A DNA stretch of 63,819 bases, the filler included, from Circinaria calcarea (taxonomy: Eukaryota): the NCBI GenBank assembly GCA_051942165.1. It is 5 parts of 5 records of this genome, joined end to end, with 100 filler letters (N's around TTAATTAATTAA, not from the genome) between each part and the next. Parts side by side here need not be neighbours in the genome. Positions count along the whole stretch, not along the records: positions 51,144 to 63,819 come from JAVECS010000553.1; 4 more parts are not named here. One strand, written 5' to 3'. Position 1 is the stretch's first letter; the number at the start of each line of letters is the position of its first letter. Made by a program: the position numbers and the translations under genes. The notes below the pieces were generated by a model. It had not been told where the DNA came from, searched no databases, and saw only the letters and a list, made by a program, of their open reading frames with translations. Of this stretch, positions 51,181 through 63,819 are shown piece after piece.

Positions 51181-52283
51181 ATATCTGCCACTGTTGCGAT
51201 AAAAGGGCTGAGTCGTCTTGTTGACGAGTTTCGGTGAAAGGGCGGTAGTAAAACCTTGGAAGCGAATTTTTTTCTGTTTGAGCCCAAATTTCATTGTGCA
51301 GTTTTCCCAATAGGGAGGGTGGGTGCGGTGCGGCGCGGTGCCTGTAGCCGTCTTTTGTCGGTCCTGATGTGATAACACTTCCTGGCGAGTCTTCGGCGTA
51401 AATTGCAGTACCAGATGAAAGGTTTAGGAGCCGTTCTCCTGGGGCACAGGCTGGCGTTCTCTTTCCGGGGATAGGAGACCTAGAAGTATGGCAGCGACTA
51501 TACCAACTATGGGTGATTTAGATAGCGGTTTACCCAACGTTTGCTATATAACTCGGCTTCATTGCATAAAGGCTAGCTCTGTCCGAGAAGACCTTTTCCA
51601 TCTCCTCGGATATCCGACGTTCAGGTACCAATCCCTCGCCAGGCTACATAGCCAGTATACTTACGTTGACGAATCTGTCTGTAGCATCCGTTGGCGAGTA
51701 CGAGAGGTTGGGCCATCCGCTGCTATAAACAGATCAGCACGCAGATTGCCTCCTCCGCCGTTTTACGGTATTGTCGAAATCCACTCGAACATGTCCATCG
51801 GTACATGTAGTACCTGTCACGGCTTTTTCCCTTTGGTCATAAATCGCGTGCGCCACTGAGTTCCGAGGGCTCCGGGCAATCGATACCCGGGAAGTCGGTA
51901 GAGGTGGCCTTTAGCCGGTGATGTAGAAGATTTTAACTAGTCATCAGCAGTGCCAACATTCTTGAAGGTTTTGTTATTCTACTCGACATCGAGGAATTTG
52001 TAGGCCGGAGGCCACAACAGACCATGGCATGTTTCGAGGGATCATGATGTTTGAGTAACTCTTGAACTTTGTCCGTGGCGACGATTCCAGCTGCCTGGTC
52101 ATCCAGGGATAGATTGCGTTTGAGAATATAAATGTTGTGATTATGACGCTTGAGAATTAATGCCATGGTTGTAACCGGTCAAGGAAACCCCCAGTCTGTA
52201 GTAAAATTATTAGTAAGATTTCCGCGAAGGATAGGAAATAGCCTTGGGGCTCATATACCAACGATAACGATGTAAAGGCTGGG
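51181..52283 (-). pseudogene. Frameshifted FAD-dependent monooxygenase (aromatic-ring hydroxylase type)
   Basis: Motifs appear in the right order but in different frames: LYIVIV, GG/SLTG, LKRHNHNIYILKR, TSWNLLHHRLKA, LRADLFIAADG, YTGYVAWRG and LVNKTTQPF. Confidence 0.75.
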
Positions 52284-52711
52284 ATTGTGGTAAGGAGTTT
52301 TCGATAGTGTGGAGGTAGGAGCAAGAGATAGAGTACCTAGTATTTGGTCTCCTGGGAAGATTTCAGATCTTATCTTGGAGGGTGGAATTCTTCTGGCGAG
52401 TAGATATCTTTTAAGAATTTGTGTTTGCGGAAGAGTGGATAGGGGGCATTTAGGAGGTATTACAATGCTAGAGTTTTCTTATCATCAGTATAGCGGCATG
52501 TTTTTCCCTCCGGCAACGTAGCTTCGGTTAAAGGATGTAGCATGATAATTGAAGATAGTTCGAGCAGGGTAGCACCGGGCAATCAGTACTGTAGAGTAGC
52601 GTAGATCGCGGCAGCGGAAAATAATTAATCGCATGGAACGATAATTAATACCCGATCTATAACTAGTAATCAAAATTCCAACTCTTCGTGGACAGCTATA
52701 ATATCGCACTA

Positions 52712-54146
52712 CTAATCTTTTGGCCCCAGGGGACCAACGTTCTGCAAATTCCCGAGAAATGTCACAATCACGGCACAGTAGGTTGCTGTCCCCACGAAAA
52801 TCTCTTGCGTTCCAGCATCTGTAAAGAGCGATACCATGATTGAGAATAGAAACACAAAGGTCAACACGACAACGGACATCCAAGTACGAGACATTGAAGT
52901 TAGAAGAAAGAGAACAACTGGGATGAAGAGTACAGAAACAGCTAGAAATACTACAGCAAGCCTTGCGAAGGTACTGATGCGCTCCTTGGAAAGATACTCA
53001 ACTCTTTCATCTGTGATGCGATTCTGGTGTTTTTTGGCGTTCATGAACTTCTGTGATACCATATGTTAGTTAAATATAGGGTTTACATGTATGACTCCAG
53101 TAAGCAAAGAGCACACGAACCCTCAACCAACACTTTGGCCACGAGCAGATATAATTCCATAACAGAGCTTCAACCGGATTGCGCTTTGGAGGAACGATGG
53201 ATATAAAGTCATCAGGGTGGAATATGAAGTCGTATTCTCCATCGTCAACTGGCTTGTTCTGCCATATCCATCGGAACACGCTGTTGTGGTCTCTCTCAGA
53301 TGTTTGATCTAATGCCTTTAGCTGACGGTATTCCAATAGTACTTTGACTATAAAATGCGTTAGCTGAGTTGGTGAAGCTATGGATAATCTTTATACTATA
53401 TTTCCGAAGCTTTTCTTCCAGTAACGCAAGTAGGTCTTCTTTGCTAGTGTCCGAGCCTCTCTTGCGATTACGCAGGCGGTATAGCTTGCCGTCCGGCTCT
53501 ATATCAACTCTGTCTAGGTCCAGCAGCTGTTTCTCAATCGCGGTAATATCGACCATATAGTTCACGAGTATCCTCGTATGGCATTGACCGAATCTCCTGA
53601 AGATTGAGAAACTCTCGCAGCCGTCCATGAAGGAGGCAAGCTGAGGCCAGCCCATTGGTTGCTTCTCGTCTATATGGATATATTAGCCACACCATAAATC
53701 AGGGTTCCTTAGATGTTTGACCGCCTGCAATAGGTAACGTACAAGACTCGTCTTCAAATAAGCTATAGCCAGGAGCATACTCGTCGGGCTGGGCTTGCGG
53801 AAGAGTTTGCCGTCGAGATTTCAACGAGGCTAATTGAGCAGCAACCTCAGTCAACCTGTCCCAAACCCCCAAAGAAGGTGATCGAGATGTTGGTGCTATC
53901 GAGCGTCATTATAGAAGTACCTTTCATAAACCAGGAATTAAGCATACCGTGACTTGCTTGGCTAAAATTTGTCAGGTGGGCTGCTTCAATATCCCTAGAG
54001 AAATTTTGACAGTTGCTGCTACAGCCGCCTCGAAGGGTAGATCTCAATGTCAATGGTCTCTTCACTTTCACAGGCCTTGACGTACTGGGAAAGTGAGCCA
54101 AATTGACCGTTTCTACCCCAGCCTCGTTACAGGATAAGGTGGCCAT
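52712..54146 (-). CDS. DUF6594-like fungal membrane protein
   Basis: Multi-exon. GWPQLASFMD..FSIFRRFG..HTRIL, W.W.NKPV..E..FI.HPDDF, three C-terminal TM segments ending EIFVGTATYCAVIVTFLGN. The first exons are less certain. Confidence 0.75.
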
Positions 54147-56179
54147 CCAAAGGTTAGCGAATATCGATTATCTAGTAGATGAAATCATGGCGAGTTCACT
54201 GACCTTAATGACTGTAAGATTGTAACACAAACGCCTGGCCTTACTTTCAAGGCAAACTAGAAAAGCCCAACTCGAAGCCTGACCTGCCGTCAAACTGCAA
54301 GGCTGGAATTAGCTCTGATACAAAAACCACACGACGGTATTTGAAATGTAAAAATATAGTCACGTGATCCCAATCGCAATCGTCCAAAATTGCCCCCTAA
54401 CGGTAAAGCACGGAACATTAATTATTCCGAATTGTGCAAATCGGATTTCCGACCACCCAGTTCATCCCCATTTGTGCCCCCTGGAGTCGCACTAAGCCGC
54501 GATCATCCCCATTTACGCCCCAAGGGCGATCACAGCAAATCTTACCTAAACCCGCTGCAGAGCCTCATCAAAGTTGATATACTCCCATGATGCCTTGTAG
54601 TTTGACAACAGTAGCCATTCAGGGTAGAGAGGAACATTGATAACTGCGACCGAAGCAATATGTTATGGACACGGAGACTTCTATTCTTAGGTAGCATGCC
54701 AGGCTCAAAGGCAATAGGAACGGCTTCGCCTTGAGCTGGTAACATGGATCTCACCTAAAATGCAGTCGCATGGACATCCTTCGACGACATGGTACTCTTT
54801 TTCGTGGATGAAACGTGAAGCGAAACGCAAATTTGAAAATGTTTCCCTAGCATGCATTGCTACCCAGGCAGCTGGCCAAGGTAGGATCAATCATAGGATT
54901 CGGTAGGATATCCTACCCGAGACAGAACCTCATCGGAATGAATCAGATTCTCAGGACGACAACCGACAAGGCGATATTCCCAGTTCTAACTCCTTATATT
55001 TCTCAAGTCACCTAAGCTCTCTTTTGTTGATTGAGCGGAGCAGGAACGTAAGGAGGCGGAAGATAAAGCGATGGTGAATCTCAAACCACTGCGCTTCGTC
55101 AGCTCAGATTATTCGCCTTCTTGCCCAGGGCAGGCTGCATCCTCCATTCTTCTCCGGCGACATCAGAGGACATGAGGACATACAATGATGTGGCAGTAAG
55201 AAGTATTGTTCTGAGCTTAATGCGCAGTTTCCAGGACGAAAAGAAAAGATGTGATAGGAGACTTTGTAAGTTTGGTATGTCCTTGTCCTGATGAGTTGCT
55301 TACTGACATCGACACCTCAGGCCCTAACGCTTTATACCCTACCATTGACAGCCTGCCTACCTCCTTCGCATCCATTTGAGAATATGATCCCATTCAGCGA
55401 TCAAGACAACATTCTCGAAATCCTCCTTATCTCCTGACACCCTAAGCGACTCCTTATTCCCCAACCCTAGCTCTGGATTTCAGTCTTCAGGCGTATCAGA
55501 GACGATCGTCGCCATGTCTGCGATCACCTTCGGGTTTGACCTTTGCAACAAGATATGGTAAACCCGCGGCTTCACTGTCTTCGGTCACACTGGCGTGGTA
55601 CCACTCTTCGGTCGATAACCCTTATCTGGATCGTCTTCATATACGGGTATGATCCAGAAGCTGGTCATCATGTTGCACTGCTCGAAAAGAGATATCGCTG
55701 TGGCGGGGATTTAAAGCAGACTATGGGCGCTGGAGGTAGCACAAACTTAACTGGGAAACTCTAAAAGGTTTCTCCGATCCCGATCATCGCCAATCTTTAT
55801 CGGAAAGCCATATGTCGTGACAAGCCCAGTCGGACACTCTAAGAATAGAGGACCCAGCTATCTCTCCGTTGGTGTCGGTAAACGGAGTCGTGGTATCCTA
55901 TCCTATGAGAGTAAGCAGGAATTGTAGGGCGAAAAAAGCATGAAGTGCTTTATATCGATGGCTTATCCAACCACGCCGGCTTCTCGTCTATCCCTAGAAT
56001 AGGAGAAAATGCCAATCGGAAGTCCGCCATCAACTTTGCCGGCTCTAAAGTCGCCGCCGAATTGGCGGCGACTTTTTAGCTCCTCGCCTTAGGAGATGAT
56101 GCCCACTACTTTGATCGCCACCAACTAGGTACGATCTCTCTAGTCCAGCAATCCTAGCAGTGAACGGATTATAACCGTC

Positions 56180-56440
56180 ATGACAGAGTACGTCTCTATA
56201 AGCTATTCGCAGCTCCTTATTCTAATGTCAGTCCAGCTGTTCGGGTATCAAGGCGGCCAGAGAAACCGTCTCCGATGGTGTCGGCGGCACAATGCGAATT
56301 GGGGCAACAGGACGGAACCTAGTTCGACCCGTTGGAATTGTGAAAGACAGTGGGATAGTGAAGCCTGTAAGATTCATGCGGATAGGCTATCAAGGACTTG
56401 GCTGACTCACTTTTAGGGCACGACTACACCCGTCAAATAA
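56180..56440 (+). CDS. Putative 53-aa spliced microprotein
   Basis: Exons 56180-56187, 56237-56366 and 56417-56440, with two canonical introns carrying branch sites. Confidence 0.4.
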
Positions 56441-58307
56441 ACTCTTGCGCAGATTCAAGGTTATGGTGAGAAGGTCTGATAAAGAGATTGCTTCTTGGCT
56501 TTGGTATAAGCGGCCATCATAGGGATGGATTATCTGCACTCAATTTAATACATCGAGGAGCGTTCTTGGGTGGTTAGACTTGAACGGCAACGGCAACGGC
56601 TCAGTATCAATTGTCAATAAATTTCAACTATGCACGATCTACTCCGTACGTAATTTCAGAGTTGAGTGAGGACAGCATAATCATGGGTGAATTTGCAATG
56701 GGACGTATATGCACGCTACAGAAACTCGCATGCTGTTACAACACGTAACTTGACAACCCTCCCTGCCAGCCGTGTTCTTACTTAAGGTGGATAGATACTC
56801 GGGTTAATAGACATCGGAGCCCTAAGCTCTGTACCACGCCTATCGAATGCGGAGATCGGCGTTAGTAGTCCATTGAGACCCCTTCCAATGCAGGCACACT
56901 CCGAGCTAAGACGCCCACCCACCCTCATTTATACAACGACTGCCAATCAGGGCTACCGCTCACTCATCCCAAGCTTCCACGCTAGAAGGCTCTTGCACGT
57001 GTTGGAGCTCTGGTATTATCGCCTAGCACATTCTTTCTCGGACTCGCTTTCCTGTACTCTGAAAACTTGGGAGGAGATGCTGCGACGCCGAGAACAGCCG
57101 ACAGCAGCCCTGCATGAAACTCATGGGTGAGGACTTTCAAGCACTTTATCACCAATCTCGCAATCAAAAAAGTCTACAATCTCTGTTGACTGCAAGTGCT
57201 ACCACTCCGTGCTAGATCCATAAGCATTCCACGTAAGTAGCAGTCAACTATTCCAGGTAGATAAGCAGCAGTTGTTAGTGGAACTAACATGTAATAAGAG
57301 ATAACATAGAACGGTACTGGTAAGCTTATCAAACCTTGAAGATCTTCACGTTCCGGTACAATGACTTTACGGACGTGGAAAATGAACAAGGTGATCCTTG
57401 CATCTAATTGGTAATTCTCTTTGTATTGATTAGACCGTATCCTAGTATGAACTGGACCTTCTTCCTAATACTGGATTGGACGTTTTCCTGGCCCTGAAAC
57501 GGATGTTCTCCTATATTCAGCTGAAGTGCTCCGGATATTCACTTGAAGGTTCCCCAAGACTCCTACTGTTAGGTTTTCCTTGTGTACAATCAGAGATTCT
57601 TACTATGCCCTGGCGGAGGTCCTTCTAAAGTCCAATTGAAAATCTCCTTATGTGTAATTTGGACTTGCCCTTGGTCTAATTGGACATGGCCATTGATCCA
57701 CTTATAGGCCTTCCTGCGTCCAATCAAACGTGGTCCCTATAGCCCAGTTGGAGCCAATAGGCTTAGATGAAGGTATGTTCCCTGCGCCCAGTTCAAAGGG
57801 GTTCCCATGAACTAGATCTGACCTAAACACCCCACGATCCTTACCATCCTCAGCATTTCAGCCCACATCAAGTGGCGAATCTTTCGAAAGCATTGCCCTC
57901 TCCACCAAGTACTCCTTCCTATACGTCGCGAATACTGGCAGCAACGCAACATCGTGTTTGCCATATCCTGCACCGGTATCCTCTGAGCCTCTGATTTGGT
58001 CCATACCTTCAGCAATGATGAAGTCGCCTTCTTCAACCCCGTCAACAGTAACTCAGCCGTCAGGCAACAAAAGGTTTGTGTCCGACCTTTGCATTGCGAC
58101 CAGGCATAGTCTCAAGTTTCTTACCATGCTATTCAATCTCTGGCACCATTATCCTCTTCAGTAAAGCCAATTTTCAAGATATAAACTTCGTATTTACGAC
58201 CAACACCTCCTTCAGCGCTCTGATCATGGGAATCTGTCTTAAACAATACAGCCACGCTACCTGCATCTGCAAAAGTTGTCGGAAATACTTCCTTTGCCCG
58301 ATATCGA

Positions 58308-60246
58308 TTAGGAGATGTTCGACGGATTAATTCGGGCTTTTGTGCGACTCATATAGGAGGGATTTCCTGATGAACAGGCTTTTTCGTGATCTAGGAGTTT
58401 GTCTCTCCTTGTAAAAATCCGTTGACATAGCCTGCACTGATGTGTGTCCCCTTTGATATGTAGAGTCCTAATGTGCCGTGTCAAATCGCTTTTTCTTGCA
58501 AACGTCTTAGAACACTTAGTACAAGGTTTCCGTCTAGAATCACACCAAACGTTAGAACACATTCCTTCATTGAAAAGACTATACAGTCTTACTCTCCTTC
58601 ATTTCTCAGAACAGGTGTGTACGATGCTGAGGGGGCAATCCTGCCACCGTCATGGAAGTCCGATGTCGGTAACGTCAAGGTGGACCTAGATACTTGCCCA
58701 AAGGATCCAACGTTTGCTGGAGGGAGAGATTGGTATGTAGAAGGGATGTTTCCTAAATTCCCTACCTCCGCAAAGGTGGACTGTTGGTTCTGCGAAACGT
58801 TCGTTACACGAGCGGGTTGAAAAGTCAGCCTATCGTGTGCGTACCCTGCTAGAAGATGCGTTGGAACACAACTGTATGATTGAAACGGTCCTGTCTCTGT
58901 ATTCAAAGGTAACTGACTATCTTCTAAGGGTGTCCAGTTAATTGAGACATGTGGATCTTCCTGAGTCTCGCTGAGGCTACTGGTTAGTGCAGTAGGCCCC
59001 ATGTGGGTATCATAACAATATCTTCCGTCAAAGCTGATATCATCAAAATCCATCGAATCGGTGTATGCATCTGCGCTAATGGATTCCGTACGAGTACCCA
59101 TTGCCTGTAATGCTAAGACTTGCCCAGTTGCACGGATTACGGTGGGCAGGGGGGCTAACTGCTGTGGATGCCAGGGTATAGTATCGCCAGACTGAGATTC
59201 ATAGTAAGGCGATAACCATGAGTATTCGTGTTCGCCGGTGACATGTGGAAAGTCATATACTGGCTGCAGGTCTGAAAATGTGGGCAGCGAAGCAGGCAAT
59301 TGACCGGAAGTAGTGACTTGCAGGGAAGAATGCGTCCTTCCTGAGCCATCTAAGGAATTGTGCCCTGTCCTTCGCTCATGCTGTCGAAGGTACTCGGACG
59401 AAGCAAAGGGAGTGGGAGGAAGATTCCCAGGTGCTGTCTCGTGGTAATAACAACTCCTCTCTTGACAGAAGAAAAATTCTTGTCTCAAAGGGGGATTGGC
59501 CTTCAAGGGAAGAAACTGCTCTCCCACCTCATCATTATACCACAGCTCAGTCTGAGGCGATGTGAAAATAGTAGATATTAAACTTCGCTGAACTTGTCCT
59601 TCTTCATCAACATTCCATTTCTCGAACAGGACTGAAACTGTAAAGTGTTTTCCAAGCTCTGACCCTTGACGCTTCTTCCGGTTTCCGGGTGATTGAGGTC
59701 CGTAATGGCCGTACCATTTAATATGTGCTTTGACATGGTCTTCTCTGATAGATTTTTGTGCCGGCCAGCCGGAACTGGAGTACTTGCAGCCTTCGGTCGC
59801 ACAGTGATAATATTCTATAGGTGTCTCGTGGACGGCCTTTTGGTGACGATCTAGCTGTTGTCGTTGCTTGAAGCTCTTATTACAGTCTTTGACGCAACAC
59901 TTATGTGCCTTATGCTGGCTCCCGTGATTTCTAGACAGAGACTTGTTAGCTTGAGTTAAGATGGTAGGCGTCAGACTTCCTGGGGTAAGCTAGAAGTCTT
60001 ACTTAGCTTCCAATGCTGTCGAGAAAACTTCATTGTAATCAGGGGAATAGCGCACATCTGGTGCTTGCGATTGTTTCAAGTCTCCGGCTTGGCAGTTATC
60101 AAGCCTTGTCTCCTTCCTTAGAGTATCAACAATAGTAGGGTCCCGCCCGTTCGCCATATCTGTTGCTTTTGCTGCGTAATCATCAAGCTCCGTGAAGAGA
60201 CTTCTCGGTGGAAGCACAGATGAACCCTCAGGTAGTATAGGGCGTC
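58308..60246 (-). CDS. C2H2 zinc-finger protein (putative transcription factor), start uncertain
   Basis: Fingers CCVKDCNKSF..LDRHQKAVH, CTKCSKTFARKSDLTRHIRTLH and CRLCQRIFTRRDKLLDH, plus two degenerate ones. Introns at ~59931-60002 and ~58534-58592. Confidence 0.75.
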
Positions 60247-61748
60247 CTACTTGGCAGAAATGTCAGCACACGACAGAGGTCGGTTCGGTCTTCCACACAG
60301 CGAGTCGCTCAATTTGTGCTCTGGCTATCAGGAAACTAGCTACCACTCCCATCATAATAGCTGAGAGATTATGGAGGCATGGAAAGTGGCGAAGCTTGTG
60401 GACAACGTAGGTTTGGAGCAGCCTATTCTAGGGGCGCGGCGTATGACGATTATCATGATAGGCATAACGAGCGCCAAGAAGATTAACGAGAGAGCCAAAG
60501 CAGTAGGCTGGAAAGACATCTAATGAACAAGCATAAGGCGAGATGGATGTTCATCCATTAATCCGATATGAAGTACAGCACTCCGTAAGAATAAGATAAT
60601 AAAGGCGGAGTTATTTCAGTGCAATACTCCTAGATGCTCGCCAATTGTTAGCGTAAAACATTTTGACCGACCCGCTAACGCCGGGCGTTTGGAATGCCAA
60701 TATTTTCCAAATGTGGCTACTCCGTATGCACAAATTGTGGACAATGGCAGCGTTTTGTATTCCATGGCACAGAGCATAGTGGCGCACAATGATGAATAAC
60801 GAGCCAATCAAATTATTCTCACTGAGGAAAAGGTACCTGTGTGAGCTTCTTCTAGATTAATCTTCTGGCATCTCCCAATGATGACCCTGGAATGGGGGTA
60901 GTCATACTATGGTAGGTATGTGGAGAAAAGGTGTGATTGTTCACCAGAAGACGGGCCAGGCGAAAATTTTTTCTTTCAAAAGCCTTTCAAGGGTCAGGCT
61001 AATTACTACGGAGTGCGCAGCTAGCTCAAAAATTCCGCGCTAGTCTAGCGTAGAAACCGCCGGCCCGCCGGGACACCGTCGCCTGTTTGACTGTTTTGCC
61101 GCTCAATCAGGATCGAGATGCGGGCGTCGGACGGGTTCAATAGGAACCCCTTGCCTACCGTATATAGGGCGTCGTCGGTAATTTGGTGGGAACATTGTTG
61201 CTTACGGAGTAGTGTCGCAGCCATTACTTGGGCAGGCCCTATAAATCCATGTAATTGCAGAGTGGATCACCTTCTAAGTGATAGGTCATGCAGGTTTTGA
61301 GTGCAGATCCTGGGCAAACTTTGTGAGAAGACTACCGGTGAAAGAAGACCCAAAACTCCATTGATAAGACTCTTCTTTCACCAATTGCACTCACGCCTGT
61401 AGCTATAGGGTGATCTTTAAATACCCTTAGCACAGCCTCTCCAGAGCTTGAACAAGAAACAAAAAATGACCACAGGGAAGGAAAAAGACAAGTGCACTTT
61501 GGGTACAAGACGCCATGCAATGCAGGTTTTATGTCTTGGATGCGCCAACTCATGCATTTCCGATTCCCGAGTTTGGCGCTGCACAAACCGAGCTGACACG
61601 TATTTGACGGCTTGAGCGGGGCAAAGAAAACGACTTTATCTGCAGCGAAGCCACCAGTGGGAGGTTGTGCGGAGGGGCTGGTGTGTTTGAATGTGGATGA
61701 TACACGTGTATATTTGACACCTGCTCGAATTCTTACCGGAGTGGCCAT

Positions 61749-63504
61749 CTATCCCATATTCGCCGAGTACTTTCCTTGAGCTCTTATTTTTGATCCATAC
61801 ATGTAGAACAGATAGGGAATCGGGATTAGCAGCACAGAGAAGAAAGCAAATACACTTGTTGCCCACGGTATACCCAGTTTGTGATACAAGGGATTTACGA
61901 AAAGTGGAAACGAAAGGGCGAAGACACTCCGTAGGAAGGTATTCGCGGCGATAGCACTAGCGGCGTAGCGATGGAAAGTATCAATAAGGTAATTGAGAGC
62001 GCTCTGAAAGATAGTGAAAAAGCCGAAGCCGAGTAAAGTAGTTCCGATGACGGGTGCAATCCAGTGTATAGTCCTGGCCGATGTCCAACCAAAGATGAAT
62101 AGCCCAGCGGTAAAGAAGACAGAGCCAACCATCATGGGCGGGAGACGTGCTTCGGGAACCGACCTGTTACCATTGGCGTGGAAGCGTTTGTTATAAAAGC
62201 CCTGATTGAGAACATTGGCCCCACCTCCAACTATGATGCCAAGCAGCAAACCAAGGAACGGCAACGCGCCAACTAGCTCGTTCCACCTTCTTTCTTCTTC
62301 AAACTCAATCGGAAACGAGGCAAGATTGGCATAGAGGATGCCATAAACAAAGGAGGCGTAGATCGCTACAAAAAAGCAGATGGGCGTGAGCAGCATCTGG
62401 AATGGACGGATGCCAAACTTCTCGACCATTTCCTTGACAGAGACATCCCACTCCTCGTGCTTGGCATGAAGAGCCCAGTTACCGGTAGAAATGCGAAGGC
62501 GGCGGGCTTTGTACACGAGAAGTACAGGAGAGTAAGATTCATCCAGCACCAGCATGTCGATGGTCCAAATGGAAAGCATCATGATTCCCGTCAGATATTC
62601 AGTCCATCTCCAAGTCACACCACTGACTATAAACGCTCCACCAACGATAGGCCCAAGTACGGGTCCTCCCACCACAGCAAATGCATAGAAGACAATAGCA
62701 GTGCCTCTTTGAGTGGGCGCCCAGATGTCTCCCAACACCCCACCGGTATTTGTAACTGGAGCAGAACCAAAGAGGCCCGTGAAAAATCTTGTGAGGAGTA
62801 TCGTTTGGATGTCTTTACCAGCGGCTGTACCGAAGGAAAAGATTCCGGCGATGAAATACGGAAGGAGGACGGCGTATTTGCGACCATAGACTTCGCTAAG
62901 TGGTGCCCATATGAGCGGACCGAGTCCGAAACCCTAAAAGAACCTTAGCTTCCGTTCGAGCTTAGCTGTTGGAGACTCTCTCTCATACTGCAAGAATGAA
63001 ACTCAACCCTAACAGCGAAACCTCTGCGCCTACATGGTATTCTTGTGATATCGGACCAGTGGCGGGGCTGTAAACGCTACTGGCAAAAGTCGAGCCCATG
63101 GTTGTCAAGCCATATAGTAATGTGGTGATAACCTTCTTGCGAAACGGCCAGTTGACGGGGCGATAAGGGTCATCTAGCCCGTCGAAGTCCACCACTACAT
63201 CCTCGGTGGTTTTGACATGGGACAAGGCGTGAGTGAAGGAGGCGCCACGTGCGTTTCTCTGGGTGATGCTCTGTATTCGACTAATTCGACCGCTGCTCAG
63301 GGCGGTTCCTGCGCCATTGTTGCAGTCGTTTGCTTCGTAGATAGTGTTTGCTTTCTCGAGGTCGATCGGCTCACTTTCTCGAGTGTCCGAGTCTGTACCG
63401 TGGTTGTGCTCATAGTTGGGTGGATTGCTATAACTAGAGCAAACAGATTTCTCGGCTGACGATGAATCAGAAGGAGATGAGGTGGAGGAACGACAATGAG
63501 ACAT
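61749..63504 (-). CDS. MFS drug:H+ antiporter (DHA1 family)
   Basis: DFDGLDDPYRPVNWP, GPLIWAPLSEVYGRK, GGVLGDIW, WRWTEY, PEARLPPMM, YLIDTF and AANTFLRS. Intron 62934-62988. Confidence 0.95.
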
Positions 63505-63819
63505 TACAATTGCTAGTGCGCCAAGATACCGAATGCACGGATTTCTATTAAATATTTCTCACCGGAGTAAGTTCGCTGTTGCAATAATTCAGCAAAGAAA
63601 GTGTCGACGAAAGACGTTCTCTTTGTATACAGCCTATGAATCTGAGATTGAATCCATTGAGATGGGCAGTTTCTCAAAGCCGGCATGCATGACGCTGCAT
63701 CGCAAAAGACCGACTAAGATTTTGGGTGGTTACGGAAAGAGCGGCAGTACTAGATGAACTTGCTGAGCTGTCGTTGATCCCCAATCTCATCAATCATCAC
63801 CTAATCATGCCTACGCTAC

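Noticed and set aside
56260..56312. Resemblance of ETVSDGVGGTMRIG to a HET-s amyloid repeat
   Set aside because: It lacks the Asn ladder and a second repeat, and no NLR or HeLo gene is present on this contig.
51181..63504. Monooxygenase + C2H2 factor + MFS transporter as a secondary-metabolite cluster
   Set aside because: No backbone enzyme (PKS, NRPS or terpene synthase) on the contig, the genes are widely spaced, and the monooxygenase is broken.
1..63819. CRISPR arrays, rRNA/tRNA genes, intact transposons
   Set aside because: No repeat-spacer array, RNA-gene signature, or transposase/RT/integrase motif was seen by eye; tRNAscan-SE and Infernal were not run.

Overview
This is fungal (Pezizomycotina-type ascomycete) nuclear DNA with short GT-AG introns. 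It is not one locus. Five contigs of almost identical, descending length (12696, 12693, 12677, 12677 and 12676 nt) are joined by artificial 100-nt spacers (44 N + TTAATTAATTAA + 44 N), so gene order is meaningful only within a contig. Contig 1: GH47 mannosidase (3' part), a RING/ZZ/SH3 protein, and a divergent phosphoketolase-acetate kinase pair. Contig 2: a penta-EF-hand fusion protein head-to-head with a HeLo-like/kinase-like protein, calcipressin RCN1 with two Crz1-type sites, RPB3, DIC1, MSF1 and MGE1. Contig 3: MOT1, a membrane protein, a basic protein with a NuSAP-like motif, and the start of a MAPEG gene. Contig 4: two conserved hypothetical genes, PCC1 and CDC14. Contig 5: a frameshifted flavin monooxygenase, a DUF6594-like membrane protein, a possible spliced 53-aa microprotein, a C2H2 zinc-finger protein and an MFS (DHA1) transporter. 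I see no CRISPR array, rRNA, tRNA or intact transposon. The best, still speculative, candidate for a new system is the EF-hand / HeLo-like-pseudokinase divergent pair next to RCN1. All family calls come from motif recognition by eye, not from database searches.
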